Assembly: GCA_038883655.1 (NCBI GenBank)
Contig: JAVZLQ010000003.1
Location: forward strand, 1-64,000
Origin: Candidatus Bathyarchaeia archaeon
Lineage (GTDB): Archaea > Thermoproteota > Bathyarchaeia > Bathyarchaeales > Bathycorpusculaceae
Direction of reading: 5' to 3'
DNA: 64,000 nucleotides
A program made the position numbers and the translations under genes. A model generated the notes under the pieces. It saw only the letters and a program-made list of their open reading frames with translations. It had not been told where the DNA came from and made no database searches. Of this stretch, positions 30,021 through 40,053 are shown piece after piece. Every line of letters begins with the position of its first letter. The first letter of the stretch is position 1.

Positions 30021-30595
30021 TCAGGCTTAACCTCCTCATAGGCCTCCTTTATAACAGCAAAGTTTTTTTCCGCCACATCTTTTCTGAAACGTTCCTTAAC
30101 AATCTTTTCAATACTTTCTAAACCGACTATGCCGGTTACACGCGCCACAGCCCCCAACATCGCCGTGTTTGTTATTGGCATGCCCAAAATTTTTATTGCA
30201 ATTTCCGTTGCTGGAACAGTCCAAACCTTTCCCCTATCGGTTTTGAGAAGCTTCCTAACCTCTGTTGGATTGTCCTTTGAATTCACAACAATTATGCCTT
30301 CTTCACTTAACCCGTCAGCAACCGGAACCGTCTTCAACAATGTTGGATCTAAAACCACAACCACATCTGGATTGTAGACAGCGCAATGAATCTTTATAGG
30401 TTCATTGCTTACTCTCGTGAATGCTGCGACTGGAGCACCCATTCTTTCGGGACCAAACTCTGGGAATGACTGAACATGCTTTCCCTCCAATATTGCAGCT
30501 CTTGCTAACAGTTCGCTTGCTGTCCATGCTCCTTGTCCGCCTCTGCCGTGCCACCTAATTTCCATGATTTTTTTCAAGAGGCTCATTCTCCGCAA
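30017..30595 (-). CDS. porG: 2-oxoacid:ferredoxin oxidoreductase gamma
   Basis: HGRGGQG, FGPERMGAPV, NTAMLGA. Confidence 0.92.
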   Translation of the reverse strand: MRRMSLLKKIMEIRWHGRGGQGAWTASELLARAAILEGKHVQSFPEFGPERMGAPVAAFTRVSNEPIKIHCAVYNPDVVVVLDPTLLKTVPVADGLSEEGIIVVNSKDNPTEVRKLLKTDRGKVWTVPATEIAIKILGMPITNTAMLGAVARVTGIVGLESIEKIVKERFRKDVAEKNFAVIKEAYEEVKPE

Positions 30596-30769
30596 ACCTT
30601 CAAGCTAATTATAAAATCTAGAATATACATCTTTCTAGTCTAAAATGGAAGAATAAGCATGAAAGTTGGTGGACGCAAAAACGCTAGCATTTGAACCATA
30701 ATTTTTAAGTAAAGATGCAATCCAAAACTAAATGTTAGATGACATTGTAAATATGGAGAAAACCGTGCC

Positions 30770-32272
30770 TTGCACGGAGAAAAAAACGCTGGCAACATAG
30801 TAATCTTAACAGCTGACAGAACTTTGATGAGCGATTACCATGCAAACGAGTTTGTAGGCTTTGGCACATGCGCCCCGCCAAACGTGATTCCAGACTGGCT
30901 TTACGCTTGGCTTTTTTTCCCACCAATCAAAACGAGAAAGGGTATACCAGCAGCAGCCCCCTACGGTCTTAGGAAAGTTGAGGCTAAACTCTTAAGTGAA
31001 GGCTTCAACGTGTTTACGGTCGCGCCGACACACCTAAAACGTTACATAGGAAAGGCAAAGGTTTTGGGCATACACGTTATGGACCCGTTTGGCTTGGGAC
31101 CAGCCTCAAGCACGTTCGCCACAATTTTGAAAAAAGAGCCATTTCTTGCGCAGTACTTTAGGGCTTTGCTAAGCCAAAAAGAGATTAGAGAAGCGAAAAG
31201 GTGTGGCTTAAAAATTATTGTTGGTGGGCCGGGTGTTTGGCAGTTCCATTATAGGCCAAATTTTGTTAGGAAGTATGGCATAGACTGCATAATTGAGGGA
31301 GAAGCTGAAAACGTTATTGGGAAAATAGTTCAAGCCGCCATAAATGATGAGCCGCTGCCACAATATTATGAGGTTAGCGTTAAAGAGTCGCCGAGTTTGG
31401 AGGAGATACCCGACATTGTAAATCCTTCAATTAACGGCTTAATTGAAATTGGACGTGGATGCTGCAGGGGATGCGAATTCTGCAGTGTAACATTAAGGCC
31501 TTTGAGGTGGTACCCATTCGAGAAGATAACACGCGAAATAGACGTAAACTTAAAAGGTGGAATAAATGGCGTTTGCCTACATGCAGAAGACGTTATGCTC
31601 TTCGGCTCAAGAAATACGCTGCCAAACGATGAGAAGCTAATCCAACTTCACGAACTTGCCGCAAAAAAGTGCACTAGCTTAAGCTGGAGCCACTGCTCGC
31701 TGGCGGCCGTGGCTTCAAAACCAAAACTTTTCGAGAAAGTAGCAGAAATAATAAGACAGAAGCAGCCGTGGTGGGGCGCTGAAGTCGGCATAGAAACTGG
31801 CTCTGGAGAACTTGCGAAGAAGGTTATGCCAGCAAAGGCGCATCCGTTCAAACCAGAGCAGTGGCCTGAAGTTATTCGCATAGGGATGGGGCTGATGCAT
31901 GATAACAAGTTGATTCCAGCGTGTACTTTGATTGTGGGTGTGCCAGATGAAACAGAAGAAGACATCATAAAAACGATAGAGTTGATAGATGACCTTCGGG
32001 ACATAACAAGCCTAATTGTGCCGTTGTTTTTTGTTCCTATGGGTAGGCTGAAAAATGAGGATTGGTTTAAGGAAACAGAAATGACTGAACTACACAAAGA
32101 ATTGCTGACAAAGTGCCTCCAACACGACTTCCGTTGGATAGGCAAACTCATAAGCCTATCATTCGCTGGAAAATGGTACGCAAACATCATGCAACAATTC
32201 TACCGAATATTCGTAAAAATCGTGGAACATCAAGCAAAGAAGAAGGGAATCCACGTACAATATGAAGACTAA
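30770..32272 (+). CDS. Radical SAM protein with B12-binding-like N-terminal domain
   Basis: RGCCRGCEFC (CxxxCxxC), GIETGS, APYGLRK. Confidence 0.85.
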   Translation: MHGEKNAGNIVILTADRTLMSDYHANEFVGFGTCAPPNVIPDWLYAWLFFPPIKTRKGIPAAAPYGLRKVEAKLLSEGFNVFTVAPTHLKRYIGKAKVLGIHVMDPFGLGPASSTFATILKKEPFLAQYFRALLSQKEIREAKRCGLKIIVGGPGVWQFHYRPNFVRKYGIDCIIEGEAENVIGKIVQAAINDEPLPQYYEVSVKESPSLEEIPDIVNPSINGLIEIGRGCCRGCEFCSVTLRPLRWYPFEKITREIDVNLKGGINGVCLHAEDVMLFGSRNTLPNDEKLIQLHELAAKKCTSLSWSHCSLAAVASKPKLFEKVAEIIRQKQPWWGAEVGIETGSGELAKKVMPAKAHPFKPEQWPEVIRIGMGLMHDNKLIPACTLIVGVPDETEEDIIKTIELIDDLRDITSLIVPLFFVPMGRLKNEDWFKETEMTELHKELLTKCLQHDFRWIGKLISLSFAGKWYANIMQQFYRIFVKIVEHQAKKKGIHVQYED

Positions 32273-32310
32273 ACTTAAATATCACCCTCAAAACTTCAAA
32301 TCACAGCAAA

Positions 32311-32384
32311 GCCGCCGTAGCTCAGTTCGGTAGAGCGGCTGGCTGTTAACCAGTCGGTCGTAGGTTCAAGTCCTACCGGCGGCG
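32311..32384 (+). tRNA. tRNA-Asn(GTT)
   Basis: Cloverleaf GCCGCCG...CGGCGGC-G; anticodon loop CTGTTAA. Confidence 0.95.
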
Positions 32385-32482
32385 CCTCCTTCATATGTCA
32401 ATTTTACTTAGGTTTTAAACGCAAAGTTGGACGGTCCTTCTAGGTTTTCATCTCCTGTGCGAAAATGAACCGATTTTGAGAA

Positions 32483-32508
32483 CCATTTTCGCTACCCCCT
32501 CCCCTCTA
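32483..32508 (-). repeat. Dispersed purine-rich motif, copy 2
   Basis: Reverse complement TAGAGGGGAGGGGGTAGCGAAAATGG. Confidence 0.55.
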
Positions 32509-32584
32509 AAATTGGATAATGCCTTTAGATTTTCAGTCTTTATATGCATAAGGCTTGGGGTAATGCTTCCATCTTTTTTGGGTT

Positions 32585-32914
32585 TTATGTTGATTCGTAT
32601 GTTGTGTGGAGTTTTTTGATTGCCACCGTGTTCCTCAGATGAGTTTCAGTGTTTGGCGGTTCGGGTAGTTCGCTTACTATTGGGCGTCTTTGTACGTGTT
32701 TGTATCCGCACTCGCATTCAAAGCCTACTATTGCTTCTTTGCGTTTGATTTCCCTCCACCTTCGCCCATTACAGTTTGTGTTTCTTTTGTGTATTTTCCA
32801 TAGGATTCTTGCTTCGTTATGGGTTATTGGGGCGAAGTGTTTTGCGTATGCAAAATACCATATTGCGTAGATTGCGAAGCACGCCCATGTTATGGACGCG
32901 ATTATTTCCCACAT
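32585..32914 (-). CDS. Small membrane-anchored protein with possible Zn site
   Basis: N-terminal TM helix, H...C...CECG. Confidence 0.6.
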   Translation of the reverse strand: MWEIIASITWACFAIYAIWYFAYAKHFAPITHNEARILWKIHKRNTNCNGRRWREIKRKEAIVGFECECGYKHVQRRPIVSELPEPPNTETHLRNTVAIKKLHTTYEST

Positions 32915-33047
32915 GTTTTTCGCCTAGTGTATTTGTGTTTTACACGTGTACATTATGTCCACAATGGGACATATCTATGCTTGGAATATTCTTTCTTACG
33001 ATATAAACATTATCTAAAAAGCCGAATAGCTAAACCAAACTAACAGC

Positions 33048-33512
33048 CTAAAACTGCGCCAAAACATCACCCTTCTCCATAATATAACCACAATAATGAC
33101 ACTTCAAAAGCAAGGGCTCTTCGCTCTCAACATAAAACTTGGCTTGAACAGGCTCATTGCTATTGCTTATACATGCGGGATTCGCACACTTAATAATGTT
33201 CTCAATCACCTTCGGAAGTTGAACACGCTGCTTCTCAACAACATTATAATCGCGTATTATATTTATTGTCGCGTGTGGGGCAACCAAAGCAATCTTATGC
33301 ACTTCCTGGGGGTTTAGCGCTCTACCCTCAACCTTCACAATGTCCTTAACCTTAAAACGCTTGCTAGGAACATTGATCGCTATTGTGATGACACGCTTCT
33401 CGCGTCCAGTTATGCCCAAAATCTTAACAACGTCCAACGCATGCCCGCCAGTAATGTGGTCTATGACAGTCCCATCCTTAATTTTTGAAACATGCAACAC
33501 AGTATCGCTCAT
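33048..33512 (-). CDS. pyrI: Aspartate carbamoyltransferase regulatory chain
   Basis: GTVIDHI, KDIVKVE, CANPACIS...CHYCG. Confidence 0.93.
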   Translation of the reverse strand: MSDTVLHVSKIKDGTVIDHITGGHALDVVKILGITGREKRVITIAINVPSKRFKVKDIVKVEGRALNPQEVHKIALVAPHATINIIRDYNVVEKQRVQLPKVIENIIKCANPACISNSNEPVQAKFYVESEEPLLLKCHYCGYIMEKGDVLAQF

Positions 33513-33769
33513 ACAAGCCCTCCTTGAAGAAACGCTATGACAGAACAAGGATAAAAGATTAACCAAATATAACAGTTACATCGGAACATTCAAGCCATTT
33601 CCGAAAACTCTAAACTCCTTTAGCCCATCATCAGAAAACTATTTGGTCCACAGCTCAGCACAATAGCCACCAAACCCAGCAAACCAAAAAACAGAATACC
33701 AATCACAAACTAATAAAATACTCAAACAAACACAACAAAAAGTAGCACATATTAACAAGTACGCTCCAA

Positions 33770-33882
33770 GCCGGGGTCTCCTAGTCAGGTAGGGAGCAGG
33801 CCTGGAGACATAACAACGCCTAAAACGCCACCAAGCCTGTGGCCCATAACGGGCCGCGTGGGTTCAAATCCCACCCCCGGCG
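33770..33882 (+). tRNA. tRNA-Ser(GGA) with 26-nt intron at 37/38 (33808-33833)
   Basis: Cloverleaf with long variable arm; CAGGC-CTGGAG[intron]A-GCCTG; relaxed BHB. Confidence 0.9.
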
Positions 33883-33997
33883 CCTCCAACAAGGCCATTA
33901 AAGAAGGGATTGGATTGATATCTTCTATTAGTAAGGGAGAGGGTTCGTTTGAAAACGTTCCTTGCCTGGACGCTGCAGAAATCTTGATCTTTAAAAT

Positions 33998-34316
33998 GGG
34001 CTGGCGTGTTAGCGGTAACCCGCCTTCTGTTTTGGTGGCATTCGACTAATCGGGCTACCCGCGCTTTGGGTAGATTCCTCATCAGCGGCTGTTTGCCCTT
34101 TACACTTGCAGGGCGGCCGTTTCACCGTTTCCACCCGGCATTCTCGGCAACTTAGCATGCCCCATTGGCACTTGCTGGGTGGGCGTTTCGTTTCTGCTCC
34201 GTTGCCAAGGCTCTCGCCTTACGCCCTTGCGGGAGTTGCAATTCTACTTGTGGGCGGAGTTTCCTCAAGCCCTTTTAGTAGGGGCTCGAAAGCCACCTCG
34301 CCAACTCGCCAGCCCC
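33998..34316 (-). ncRNA. rnpB: RNase P RNA
   Basis: GAGGAAACTCC and AACAGAAGGCGGGTTA (P4 halves), GCAGAAAC/TGAAAC, terminal P1 GGGCTGGCG/CGCCAGCCC. Confidence 0.93.
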
Positions 34317-34390
34317 GAGATAATATTTTGCGAAGTTAGCGATAAAGTTTGTTTTGCGTCAAGCATTTATTTTGCTTGGTCTTTTATTTT

Positions 34391-35086
34391 ATGTTAGGTG
34401 TGTGCACATTGGATTTGTCCATTTTGTTTGCTTCATTAATCTTGTTTGCAATGGGTTGTCTAGCCTTGGTCCTATCAATAGTTTTTCGCTTAAAGTTTAA
34501 GGAGTTGAATAGTTTACCGAAAAATTTGTCCGCTAAAATTTTTAATAAAACCTTTGTTGTTTTTAATCCTTATGTGCGCCATGGGAAAATAATTCATAGC
34601 TATTTGCTTACTTCGGCGTTTATAGCGGGTCTTACGGCGTTCTTTGTTTCGCTATTTTTGTTTTTCATGATTGCTGAAGGTCTTGCTTTAAGCATTTTCA
34701 TTATTCTTACAGCGTTGAATCTGATTGTTTTGGATGACGCCTTTGACGTTTATGAAAACTCTAAACTTTTCCTAAATGCCATCCGTAATGGTGATAGCCT
34801 AGGGGTTGGCGATCTAACGTTTTTTTCCCATCTTAAACTCTTTACGCGGAAACTGAGCAATTATTATCTTGGCGTAACAATTTTTTTGCTTTCACTTTCT
34901 ACGCTGTTGCCATATGTCTTTTATCCAGCGTTACTTGCTTTTTGCCAATTTATAGGGCTGATAATTCAAGCGAGTTCAATTGCAGGTGCTGTTAGTTGGC
35001 AGTTTGCTGTATTTTTGTTCGCTTTTGTTCTCGTACTTTTTGAAGTTTTCGCCATAAAGGTTAAAGTCAAAATTTTCAATGTTTAA
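34391..35086 (+). CDS. Multi-pass membrane protein, unknown function
   Basis: Five or more hydrophobic helices. Confidence 0.65.
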   Translation: MLGVCTLDLSILFASLILFAMGCLALVLSIVFRLKFKELNSLPKNLSAKIFNKTFVVFNPYVRHGKIIHSYLLTSAFIAGLTAFFVSLFLFFMIAEGLALSIFIILTALNLIVLDDAFDVYENSKLFLNAIRNGDSLGVGDLTFFSHLKLFTRKLSNYYLGVTIFLLSLSTLLPYVFYPALLAFCQFIGLIIQASSIAGAVSWQFAVFLFAFVLVLFEVFAIKVKVKIFNV

Positions 35087-35106
35087 AAGGTTAGGATGTT
35101 GTAGAA

Positions 35107-35712
35107 TTGTTTGTTAAGCCTTTGAAGGATGGTAAGCGTGTTGTTCTTATTACGGGGACACCTTGTGTTGGTAAAACTTCTGTTGCTCGTCTTCTGGCTT
35201 CGAAGATTGATGCTTTTTACGTTAATTTGACTGAACTGGCGTTAAATGAAAATCTTGTTTCTAGCATTGATAAAGAGCGGGATTCCATTATCGTTGATGA
35301 AGTTCGTATGCAGCGAAAAATCTCTGACATTATTAGGGGAGTTGGTAAAGATGTTGTTGTTGATGGACATTACGTTGTTCACGTTGTTCCTAAACGATTT
35401 GTGTCGCATGTTTTTGTTTTGAGGAGGGACCCCGTGGAGTTGCGTGCTTTTATGGACAAGGCGGGCTTTTCTGGACGCAAGTTGTGGGAGAATTTGGCGG
35501 CTGAGATTTTGGATGTTTGCCTTTTTGAAGCTGTAAAAGCTTATGGTGTGGATAAAGTTTGTGAGTTGAATGTTACTGGGAAAAGTGTGGAAGATGTTGT
35601 TCAGGAAATTTTGGATGTTGTTAGTGGACGCGTTAGGTGTCGTGTTGGTGTTGTTGACTGGCTTGGCAAGTTGGAGAGCGAGGGATTATTAGAGGAGTAT
35701 CTGAGGATTTAG
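35107..35712 (+). CDS. AK6/Fap7-type adenylate kinase/ATPase
   Basis: ITGTPCVGKT, VDGH, EN..AEIL. Confidence 0.88.
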   Translation: MFVKPLKDGKRVVLITGTPCVGKTSVARLLASKIDAFYVNLTELALNENLVSSIDKERDSIIVDEVRMQRKISDIIRGVGKDVVVDGHYVVHVVPKRFVSHVFVLRRDPVELRAFMDKAGFSGRKLWENLAAEILDVCLFEAVKAYGVDKVCELNVTGKSVEDVVQEILDVVSGRVRCRVGVVDWLGKLESEGLLEEYLRI

Positions 35713-35717
35713 CGTTT

Positions 35718-36086
35718 TTACCTTAGGCTTGTGAGTATCTGCCTCTTCGTTATGAGCGTAATTTTCCTTCTGTTTGCGTAGGCTTTTGCGTGGTCGCTGA
35801 ACTTTTCTCCAATCAATATTGGGTTTGAAAGTCCAGCGTCTTCAGACGCCTTGTCAAGGTTTATGACCATGTTTATTCCTATTGTTCTGTTCCAGTCCCT
35901 TATCCAAACACCTTGCGTGACACGTCCCCTTTGCACTATTAGGTCGAATTTTCTTAGGACGCCCGTTCTTCCTTCTAAAACTGTTTTTTCTTGTTCTATT
36001 TTGTAACCTTCCTTTTTCAAATACTTCACTGCCAAATTAAATAGTTCGCTTGAAGGTTTTGCTTCTTTTTGTTCTTCTGTTCCCAT
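35718..36086 (-). CDS. Mrr-like restriction-endonuclease-fold protein, probably inactive
   Basis: LEG.TG...FDL, FS..AK.YA; ExK position reads WIR. Confidence 0.65.
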   Translation of the reverse strand: MGTEEQKEAKPSSELFNLAVKYLKKEGYKIEQEKTVLEGRTGVLRKFDLIVQRGRVTQGVWIRDWNRTIGINMVINLDKASEDAGLSNPILIGEKFSDHAKAYANRRKITLITKRQILTSLR

Positions 36087-36154
36087 TTGCTGTCACGAGT
36101 ATTAAACGTTATTTAGCTGATTGTGGAAAAGGTTTTCGATTGGTGAAAAAGCGC

Positions 36155-36367
36155 ATGTCTTTCCTAGTTGTTGTTTGCGGCAAATGCGGTGGGCTTTTGT
36201 TGGCTAGAGCTGAACAGAAAATGAGGACTTGTCCCTACTGCGGCTTTAAAATGGAATTGTGCAAGGCGAAGAAAGTTGCTTCAGCCAAAACGGCCTTTGA
36301 AGCTTCAGTTTTGCTGCAGAATTTGAAGAAAAACTTTTCTTTGAAGCGTGATTCTGCTAGCCGCTGA
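36155..36367 (+). CDS. Small Zn-ribbon protein (DUF1922-like)
   Basis: CGKCG...CPYCG. Confidence 0.7.
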   Translation: MSFLVVVCGKCGGLLLARAEQKMRTCPYCGFKMELCKAKKVASAKTAFEASVLLQNLKKNFSLKRDSASR

Positions 36368-37109
36368 TGACTCTAATGTAAGCCATGAGCGCTATTCCCA
36401 ACAGTATTGTTATTAGCTGGATCAGAGATGCTGGTGCTTGAGATTTTTTGTGCAGTTCTGGCATTAGGTCTGTTGCTGCAATGTAGATGAAGCCGCCTGC
36501 CGCGAATGGAACAAGCAGCATCTGCAAGCCTTGAATTGCCGTTAGAAAGTATGTCACTAACGCGCCTATGATTGCCGTCACTGCAGAGGCAAAGTTGTAT
36601 GTTAACGCTTTCCTTTTGCTTAGTCCCCCGTAGATTAGTATTCCGAAGTCCCCTATTTCTTGCGGAATTTCGTGAAAGACTACCGCGAGGGCCGTGGCTA
36701 ATCCAAGTTCAAAATTCACCATGAATGTGGCGGCGATTATCATTCCATCAATGAAATTATGGATTCCGTCTCCGAGAAGGTTTAGGTAGACAAACATGTG
36801 CGCGGGACAAGTCTCTTCGTGGCAGTGGCGCCAGTAGAGGAACTTTTCTAAGGCGAAGAATGCAACTATGCCGAGTATTACATAGTAGAAGGGCATAATC
36901 GCCTCGTTGGGGTTTGACGTTGATTCTGGAATGGCTTCTGGTATTAAATGTAGGAAGGCGTCGCCTAATAATGTTCCAGAAGCGAAGCCCACGAGAGCTG
37001 TTAAAACGCGTTTTAACGCTTTTTCGTTTAGTCCTATGAATATTATTCCTATGAAGGCTATTAGACTTACAATTGTTACTGATGATAGAATTGGTATTAT
37101 TGGGTCCAT
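36357..37109 (-). CDS. ZIP-family metal transporter
   Basis: FLHLIPE, HNFIDG, HEIPQE.GD. Confidence 0.92.
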   Translation of the reverse strand: MDPIIPILSSVTIVSLIAFIGIIFIGLNEKALKRVLTALVGFASGTLLGDAFLHLIPEAIPESTSNPNEAIMPFYYVILGIVAFFALEKFLYWRHCHEETCPAHMFVYLNLLGDGIHNFIDGMIIAATFMVNFELGLATALAVVFHEIPQEIGDFGILIYGGLSKRKALTYNFASAVTAIIGALVTYFLTAIQGLQMLLVPFAAGGFIYIAATDLMPELHKKSQAPASLIQLITILLGIALMAYIRVISG

Positions 37110-37168
37110 TATTTTCCTTTTTCAACAATCCTTGTTAATTAGAATATCGGTTCAATTCGGGCTTGCGG

Positions 37169-38116
37169 TTAACCAAGTTTCTTAAGCATTTGGCATGTCA
37201 TGCATAGCTTTTCTGTTGCTGGTTCTCCGCATTCAACGCATTCCCTTAACCCTTCTCTTTCGGAAACTTTCTCCAGCACCGGGCGGATTTTCTCTATTGC
37301 CTTAAATATCGTGAATTTTGTTCCCGCATGTTTCTCTTCTATCCTGTTTAGCATGACGCGTATGTCGTTTCGTAGCGCTTCTTGGGCGTATGGGCATGGG
37401 TTGCTCTGGAAGCGTATGTTCTTGACGTAAGCATATAGCGCAGTTTCCTTTTCCGGAATCTCGCAGAACGGCTTAACTTTCTGAACAAGTTTTGGATGCC
37501 TTTCATCTGTTACTGGCTTTTCGCGCGCTATTCGCAGCACATCGCCGTGAAAAATGTTTAACAAAATTGTTTGCGTTTCATCGTCAAGAGTGTGGGCTGT
37601 AGCGATTTTGTCCGCTTTCAGGTTTCTAGCAGCGGTATTTAATGCTCTTCTCCTTAGGACTCCACAGTAAGCGCATGGCGTTAGCTCGCTCTTTCCTTTA
37701 ACCGCTTTTTCGACAATTTCGTCAAGCGTGTAACCATAAAGCTCTTTGAACGAAACTGTATAATGTTCTACGCCAAGTTTCTTGCAGTTTTCGGCGGCTA
37801 TTTTTAGGGCTTCGTCTCTATAGCCCTTTATTCCCTCGTCAACTGTTATGGCGACAAGCGAAGTTTTTGGATAGTCCCGCTCTATTTTTGCCAAGATGTG
37901 GAGTAGGCTTACGCTGTCTTTTCCACCAGAAACAGCCACAGCTATCCTATCATCAAAATCAAACATTTTGTATTTTGCTATTGTTGCTCTAACCTTTTCC
38001 TCGATTGATTCTGCAAAGCATTTTCTGCAAAGTTTTTCTCCAGAATACCGCCTAGAAAAGAATGCTTCTCTGCGCTTGCATACGCTGCATGTTATCGCCT
38101 TTTCCATTCTCGCCAC
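37169..38116 (-). CDS. tRNA 2-thiolation protein (TtuA/NcsA family)
   Basis: SGGKDS PP-loop, CxxC motifs, terminal Zn fingers. Confidence 0.88.
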   Translation of the reverse strand: MARMEKAITCSVCKRREAFFSRRYSGEKLCRKCFAESIEEKVRATIAKYKMFDFDDRIAVAVSGGKDSVSLLHILAKIERDYPKTSLVAITVDEGIKGYRDEALKIAAENCKKLGVEHYTVSFKELYGYTLDEIVEKAVKGKSELTPCAYCGVLRRRALNTAARNLKADKIATAHTLDDETQTILLNIFHGDVLRIAREKPVTDERHPKLVQKVKPFCEIPEKETALYAYVKNIRFQSNPCPYAQEALRNDIRVMLNRIEEKHAGTKFTIFKAIEKIRPVLEKVSEREGLRECVECGEPATEKLCMTCQMLKKLG

Positions 38117-38173
38117 TTTCTGGAATTACCTAAATAATTCTCTCATACCTATAGTTTTTGAACGGGTAAGCAC

Positions 38174-38881
38174 ATGGCTAAAAAACCTTCAAGGCGCCTA
38201 GAACAGCGCGAAGCGATCTATGATTCACGACGGTGGCTTCTGCTTGGGGCGTTTAGAGTTAAGGCTATGCAGATAATGGAAGCTTTGGAAAATTTTCATT
38301 TAAACGCCATTGTGCATGGCAGCATCGCGAGGGGCGACGTGAATGAAGGAAGCGACATAGACGTTTTCATACCATATCAGGTGTCCTCTTTCATGGTGGA
38401 AACAGCAATTGAAAATGCTGGCATTAGTGTCAATAGACGCTTAGTTGCGCAAGCCACACCAGCCTACGCCATGAAAGCATACATCGAAATAGACGAGAAA
38501 ACAGCGGTTTCTTTCCCGCTTATGAAGATGCGCAAAGTCGAGCGGGAATTTTACAAGTTCGGCGGCGAGGCTACGCTAGAAGATTTGAGAGCGAATCTTC
38601 GCGTATGTGGCGTTGATAAGCGGCTAATGCTTATCGAACCGACGGAGAAGGGGCACGTTGAAAGTTCTGTTATAGGACGCGAGAATCACGTTGCAAAGCT
38701 TTTGGGAATATCCGTTGAAACTGTTTTAGATCGTGTTCACGCGCTTCTCAGGAGAGATGATGTTGGAAGAACTGGGGTTTTCATTCAAAAGGAGCTTTTA
38801 AGTGGAGAAACGTTTGAGATGGCGTTGAAGAGGCTTGCTGAACAGAATCCAGCAGTTCGTAGGCGCTTGGCTCTTGGCTAA
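38174..38881 (+). CDS. Pol-beta-fold nucleotidyltransferase
   Basis: HGSIARGD....SDID; GVDKRL. Confidence 0.85.
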   Translation: MAKKPSRRLEQREAIYDSRRWLLLGAFRVKAMQIMEALENFHLNAIVHGSIARGDVNEGSDIDVFIPYQVSSFMVETAIENAGISVNRRLVAQATPAYAMKAYIEIDEKTAVSFPLMKMRKVEREFYKFGGEATLEDLRANLRVCGVDKRLMLIEPTEKGHVESSVIGRENHVAKLLGISVETVLDRVHALLRRDDVGRTGVFIQKELLSGETFEMALKRLAEQNPAVRRRLALG

Positions 38882-39957
38882 TTTGGCATTGGAAAGCGTA
38901 GGAGCGCTGCTATTCCGCCTAGAGCCAAAAGCTTCGCTCCAGCCTCATGTTCTGTGCTTATGACGATTATGCTTCCACCAGCATTTTCAACATTCTTCAT
39001 CAAATCTTCAACGTGTAAACGTTTTTCGTCTGAAGCTTCTCGTAGCATGGTGTCTGCCAAAACAAGTTTTTCAACTGCGCCTAGTACAACAGCCTTTTCC
39101 ACGTTAGCGGTTCCATAAGTTACTGTTCGTTCGTCCTTCCCAAGCCGTTTTAGAATTTCTTCAACAATCTCTGTTTCTTCAATTATTCGCTGTTGCATCA
39201 CAGTTTTTTGTAGCACTCCAGAGCGTAAAGCCTCGTAGATCCCAGCCACACCGCCGTTGTTTACACTTTTCACGTCTATTATGTGCTTAGCTATTTCAGC
39301 ATCTTCTGCTTCCAAGAATTTTGCAAAGTTATTTTTCACAAAACCTACGCCTATAACCGCTATTGGCGCGCGTGTCGGCATCCAAACTTGTCGTAAGCTT
39401 TCAAGCGCCTTTTTGAAGTATTCGCGTGTGGCTGCAGCTCTTTTTTCGGCTTCAAGTTTTCCTGGAAGCTTGACATTTTCTTCGGTTTTTATGTCTATAC
39501 TGTATTGGGTTGTTGTGGCTATGGCATAGCCCTCGTCGTCTATGGCGATTATCACTATTGGCCTTTCTGATGTTTTACTCGCCCTTTCAAGCCTCTCAAT
39601 CTGGTGTTTAGCCCACTTCCTCTTGACTATTGTTATCGGCGTGTTTAGGGTTACGTTCAGCGTGTGGTGTGCACCAGTTGGCACGATTTCCGGTGCTTCG
39701 CATATTGTTCCGTGAACGCGCAGTCTTCCCAAAAGCTTGTCCCAAGAGACATCTTCAACTTTTACTCCTAGGAAAACCGAGACGCGTTCTCCACGTTTTG
39801 GTCTTGCATACTTTTCTTCGGGTTTTATCTCTCTAGACGTGTAAGCGTAAACTTCATCGCCCTTGTAAATTATGTTGTACAAGTGCCAAAAATCATCGAG
39901 AGTTTCTGGAATAACCTTCACAAAGCCCTTTTTGAGGTTCACCTCTAGAATTTTCAA
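38878..39957 (-). CDS. pelA: Pelota/Dom34 ribosome rescue factor
   Basis: DDFWHL, LRVHG, HHT, LGGIAALLRF. Confidence 0.93.
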   Translation of the reverse strand: MKILEVNLKKGFVKVIPETLDDFWHLYNIIYKGDEVYAYTSREIKPEEKYARPKRGERVSVFLGVKVEDVSWDKLLGRLRVHGTICEAPEIVPTGAHHTLNVTLNTPITIVKRKWAKHQIERLERASKTSERPIVIIAIDDEGYAIATTTQYSIDIKTEENVKLPGKLEAEKRAAATREYFKKALESLRQVWMPTRAPIAVIGVGFVKNNFAKFLEAEDAEIAKHIIDVKSVNNGGVAGIYEALRSGVLQKTVMQQRIIEETEIVEEILKRLGKDERTVTYGTANVEKAVVLGAVEKLVLADTMLREASDEKRLHVEDLMKNVENAGGSIIVISTEHEAGAKLLALGGIAALLRFPMPN

Positions 39958-40053
39958 AACTTTTAGCCTCTTTGCGTGCAGTTATGAAGCAAGTTTTTAA
40001 TCATTTAAAGTGTTAAATAATTTTGGCGTCTAATAGTGTTTTTGGATTAATCC

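Noticed and set aside
32511-33020. Xer dif-like sites (ATTGGATAA..., GATATAAACATTATCTAAA)
   Set aside because: Arm and spacer lengths do not fit the 11-6-11 dif layout.
33048-33512. pyrI without adjacent pyrB as an unusual system
   Set aside because: Separation of pyrB and pyrI is common in archaea; pyrB is probably outside the window.
33858-34397. Short ORFs in the track (33858-34049, 33864-34082, 34106-34339, 34179-34397)
   Set aside because: They overlap the tRNA-Ser 3' end or RNase P RNA and have no protein motifs.
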